Assembly (NCBI GenBank): GCA_977030845.1
Contig: OZ365116.1
Location: forward strand, 21,576,001-21,640,000
DNA: 64,000 nt
Reading direction: 5' to 3'
Source: Fimbriosthenelais zetlandica
Lineage: Eukaryota
This document shows, piece after piece, positions 60,101 to 64,000 of this stretch. The first letter of the stretch is position 1. The number at the start of each line of letters is the position of its first letter. A program made the translations under genes and the position numbers. The notes under the pieces were generated by a model. It had not been told where the DNA came from. It searched no databases and saw nothing but the letters and a program-made list of their open reading frames with translations.

Positions 60101-63100
60101 ATCAACCAAGAGACATCTGCAATATAGGTAGCTACATAGGAGTCTCTCACTCCAATACATGCACTCACTTTTTGTCACTAGACCCAGCCTGCGATTTAAT
60201 TAGAAAGTCTCAGACCAGACATGCCAAACATACCCTCTGGGGCGACTTACAAGGGATATCGGTTCTCATGGGTCTTGGCACGAAAAACATGACTAACTTT
60301 GATCGTCAGTTTCAATGGCGATTATTTTCTGGCACAATGTATTATATATCTGTCAGAGGGTCAACAGAGGGGAATCATGGTGATGTTAGGGGCAGGCAGG
60401 GACATAGTATGGAACCAGAGTCATATAACATGCCATAAATGACATAACTCTGTACAAAAGAATTCACCAGACGGTGAATTCCCTAAACAGACATGGACAC
60501 TTGTGAATGTTATCCCTCGCATCCTTTTTCTACACCTTTTTTTCTCTTTTCATTTGCATGCCCCGAGGGCAAGTTTTGTTTGGCAAATTCAACCTGGGAA
60601 ACAATCACAGACAAATGAAATTGCCGGTTTCTGGAAATTGATAATGAACACAAAAAAGTGTGTCTTGTCGCCAGCTTTAAATGATCATCCATGATTTGTA
60701 TGAACGATACTCAGACTCAGTGTCAGTGTGCCCGTGTCTTTTGCATCTTTCAGTGCATTAAATGTCTGCCAGGGTAAAACAATAGAAGGCTGACAAATTT
60801 CGAGGACATAACCATCTTTTAACGAGGAGAGAGGTACCTTGTCTCATAGACAAAGATACTTGTGTAATGGAAAGGGCCCTTCATCTTAAAGTGCTTGTCG
60901 CCCCTTCTCGTCGTAGAACTTTTAGTGCTGTAGAGGCTGGGATAAGCGATCGCTCCCCACAGAGGCTTTTAATGGGCTTAACATGCTTGTTGCATTTAGG
61001 CTGATGAACTGGATCTGATGGTATTTACAGCCAGTGGTCGTGTGAAGTGTGATGTCTTCTGCCATTTTCTACTTGCTAATCTGATTCTTTTAGCAAGCAA
61101 ACTGATCCTGTTCGGAATCCTTTAAGTCAGATTTGATTTCAATAGAGTATAATGATAGTACATTACTAAGAATTTCGTATGAATGAAATCCCTTTGAAAT
61201 AGTTTGTATCTACCTTTTTCAGGTATATCAAACGATAAATATTATTCACACCAGCTCAATTTATTATCTTTATTTCAGTTGTGAATTTCAGTGTGTATCA
61301 CAGCTAGGGATTCTCTACATATCCCCCAGACGTGAACCGGTGATCCTAGGCTATATTTGATCCTCGGCTATATGCCATCTATATTCAATAAAGTGACATT
61401 TGCGTCTGTCTAGTCGTGGGAATCTTGCCTCTTTATTCTGTCAGAGTCCTGCCATGCTAACTTCCTTTGAGCCCAAGGCGTTAGAGGATCCATGTACTCA
61501 GCTTGCCGACAGTCCCCACTCCCTATACTCTACCTGTCTACATTCTATGTCTAGCCCTGCCATTCCCACCCTCTCTGTCTCTGCAAAATCATTTTTGCAA
61601 TCTAGATTTTGCCTCTCAATATAAAATTCGGTAGAAATATTTTTGGCTCTTCCCCCACCCCCGCTCTCTTCTTTCCTGCTCTTCAGGTGCTCGAGCTCCC
61701 GCCTGTACCCCTTCCCAGCTTCCTTTTCCCCCTTGTCTGGCCCCTGCTCCCCACCTCTCCTCCCTCTACCACCTAATTAGTTCTAACTCTCCCACTTCCT
61801 CTGAATCCTCCTGACCATCAGGGTCTGGGATAGACGCCGCTGATTGGCTGCCATTTCTCCACCATCTCCACGACTACTTACTACCAATGTTTGCCCCTCT
61901 TGCTTCCTCTCCTCCTCAACCAACTTGAAGCTTTTAAAGCTTCACATGGAGGGCTGGAGTAGAGGGGGTGGTCTTGGATGGGGTCGGGGAGGGACTTTGG
62001 TAGAGCGTCCCTCGATGATTGTGGGCCATCGATTGTGATGGATTTAGGCTGTAAATATGGCATAAATGTTTGGGTTGAATTCACTGAACTGGCAGTAGGA
62101 GAAGAGATTTGGGGAGAGGCCAGGGGAAAGCTGATCCCTATGGCAGTTCAGGGAATAAGGGACTGGGGCTTTTGACCCACGATTGAAGCATCAGCTTTAG
62201 TTAGACATCTAGGGAAAAACTAGCCGAGGAGGCCATATGCAGGACAAATTATATGGCTGCCTGGTGGTGGAGCAAGGGGAAGGGAACTTCTTGACAATCA
62301 TATTTTACTGAAAATTCTAGGTAAATATCATGAATCAAAATGGCTAAAACTGGCTCGAACCTCCATGTACATTGGTCTGGCCCATCCTAGGATTCTGCTC
62401 CCGCTTTTCTATTCAATATGCCCTTAAAGAGGCTACCTTCAAATCTGCTTACACTAAGGAGATTTTTCCGTATCAGTACAAGGAAAAAACTGAAGTACTG
62501 CAATTAGCCTAAGATCCAGGCGATAGGAATGAAAACCCTGATAAAAACAGAACTTTCTACGATCTATTAATCTATTGCAAGAAATTTGTTTATGCCAGAA
62601 ACTGGTCCGACTTACAATAAATATCAAACAAGGTCTCTTTCTCCATGGTTTCTAATATTCCCAACAAAACAGCTTTTCAGAAGTGAAGTAATGTAATGAA
62701 ATGATCGATCGCAAAATAGCTATTTTTCTGGAGATGTTACTTTTTGGGGGTGGGTATTCTAACTCATTAGATTTCCATCTGACCAGGCCGTCTGATTATG
62801 TTGCCTCTTTAGCTCCTTACGCTGGTTTAACCTCTTTCCGTCTTCTCCCAACCTCCAATTAATTCCAGATTCCTGCTGGTGGAAATCACCTGTGCACCTA
62901 CACTTCCAAAGTAATTTACTTTTTACACTGTTGAAAACGAGTATTTCAAACCAAACCAAGCTATAGTGTCATGGAGATATTTGTTGGTGTTTGATATATG
63001 AAGGGATTGCCAGCCTTGTGTTAGCAGGTGAATGGGCGCCCCTAATTAGTTGTATAATAATTTTTTATGTCCTTATCTCAGGATGGCATTTTTTTGCCTA

Positions 63101-64000
63101 CTCCATGACATGTCCCCTTCCCACTTATAATGCTTTTTCTGTTCTTAACAGGTGATTTGCTTCATCCTTTTTCTTGAAGATCCTCTCGCCTTTTAAACAC
63201 CCTCATGAATTAAAACAAAGAATGGGCTGATTGAAAGAGGAGCGAGGGAAAGGGGAGAGGGAGGGAGAGAGGGATGAGACAAAGTGAGGGAAAGGCAGGT
63301 GGGAGAACGGGATGGGAGATAGAGAGGGATAATCGAGACACCACTGCAACCTTTTGGCTGAGGTCTCAGTTGCTTTCATTATCAACCAGTCCCTATGGGA
63401 TACTGGATTACTCGGCCATTTGCTACATTTTCCACAACTGCACTTAACATATAAATGAATTTATCTACACGGTCCCATCCCTCTCCTGTATAAGTTCCAC
63501 CAACACGTCTAGCTGGTAACTATTCCAAAATATTGTTAATATGAAAATATCATCCTCACACGAATCATTTCTCTTACTCATATCCCAACTTACTTTACAC
63601 ATCAGCCTAATCCACGATCATTTTACCAACCCATGCACTGCAGCAGTCCATTATACCAAGCATTAATATTTACTATTCTCCTTCCCAAAATGTTTCGTCC
63701 TGGGATTGTCGTCCAGTGAGTAAACAGGCATCATAGTTTTGGGAGAAAGTTAGGCATTGACCCACAGTGGCGATAGGCACTGGGGACGGACATATATAGA
63801 GGGGAGTTGTATTAATCGAGACATATAACACCACCCTGTGGACAATAAGAAATGACGGCTGTAGAAGTGACCTAACATGCATTATTTGGTAACCTCCCCC
63901 GAGTCCTCCTACACATGCTATGATGTACAGCCAAATCATTCCCCATGGGGAGCAACTCATCTCAACCTCTGACGCCTGAGAAAATGTCACTTTGTACTTT

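Noticed and set aside
60460-60481. 9-bp stem-loop gaattcacc-agac-ggtgaattc as a Helitron 3' hairpin
   Set aside because: No CTRR terminus follows.
1-64000. tRNA/rRNA genes, tRNA-derived SINEs, conserved miRNAs, CRISPR arrays, RT or transposase ORFs
   Set aside because: No box A/B pair, cloverleaf, remembered mature miRNA sequence, repeat-spacer array or catalytic motif found by eye; tRNAscan-SE, Infernal and RepeatMasker runs would be needed to exclude degenerate copies.

Overview
Eukaryotic (invertebrate animal, probably lophotrochozoan; this is inferred from the protein families, not proven) genomic DNA, roughly 40% GC, with one 138-N assembly gap at 20427-20564. Two spliced + strand genes can be rebuilt with GT-AG junctions and consistent phases. 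(1) A GT7-family beta-1,4-galactosyl/N-acetylgalactosaminyltransferase (BRE-4/B4GALT-like): five catalytic exons at 13295-15675. Its N-terminal membrane-anchor exon(s) could not be located, and it carries an unusual 141-aa C-terminal extension. (2) A complete 379-aa rhodopsin-class neuropeptide GPCR of the CCHamide/excitatory-peptide/bombesin-endothelin receptor family: three coding exons at 25442-53765, with a 24.5-kb intron in intracellular loop 3. The rest is intronic or intergenic. It holds two tiny Harbinger-like MITEs with CAG target duplications, several mini/microsatellites, palindromes and motif clusters that look like promoters or enhancers. I found no tRNA/rRNA, CRISPR array or intact transposase/RT ORF. 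I found no clearly new multi-gene system. The best leads are the transferase extension, a possible splice-switched uORF over the GPCR start, an intron read-through that could replace TM7, an orphan TRAF-geometry zinc-finger segment in the big intron, and a pre-miRNA-sized MITE hairpin. All of these are hypotheses.
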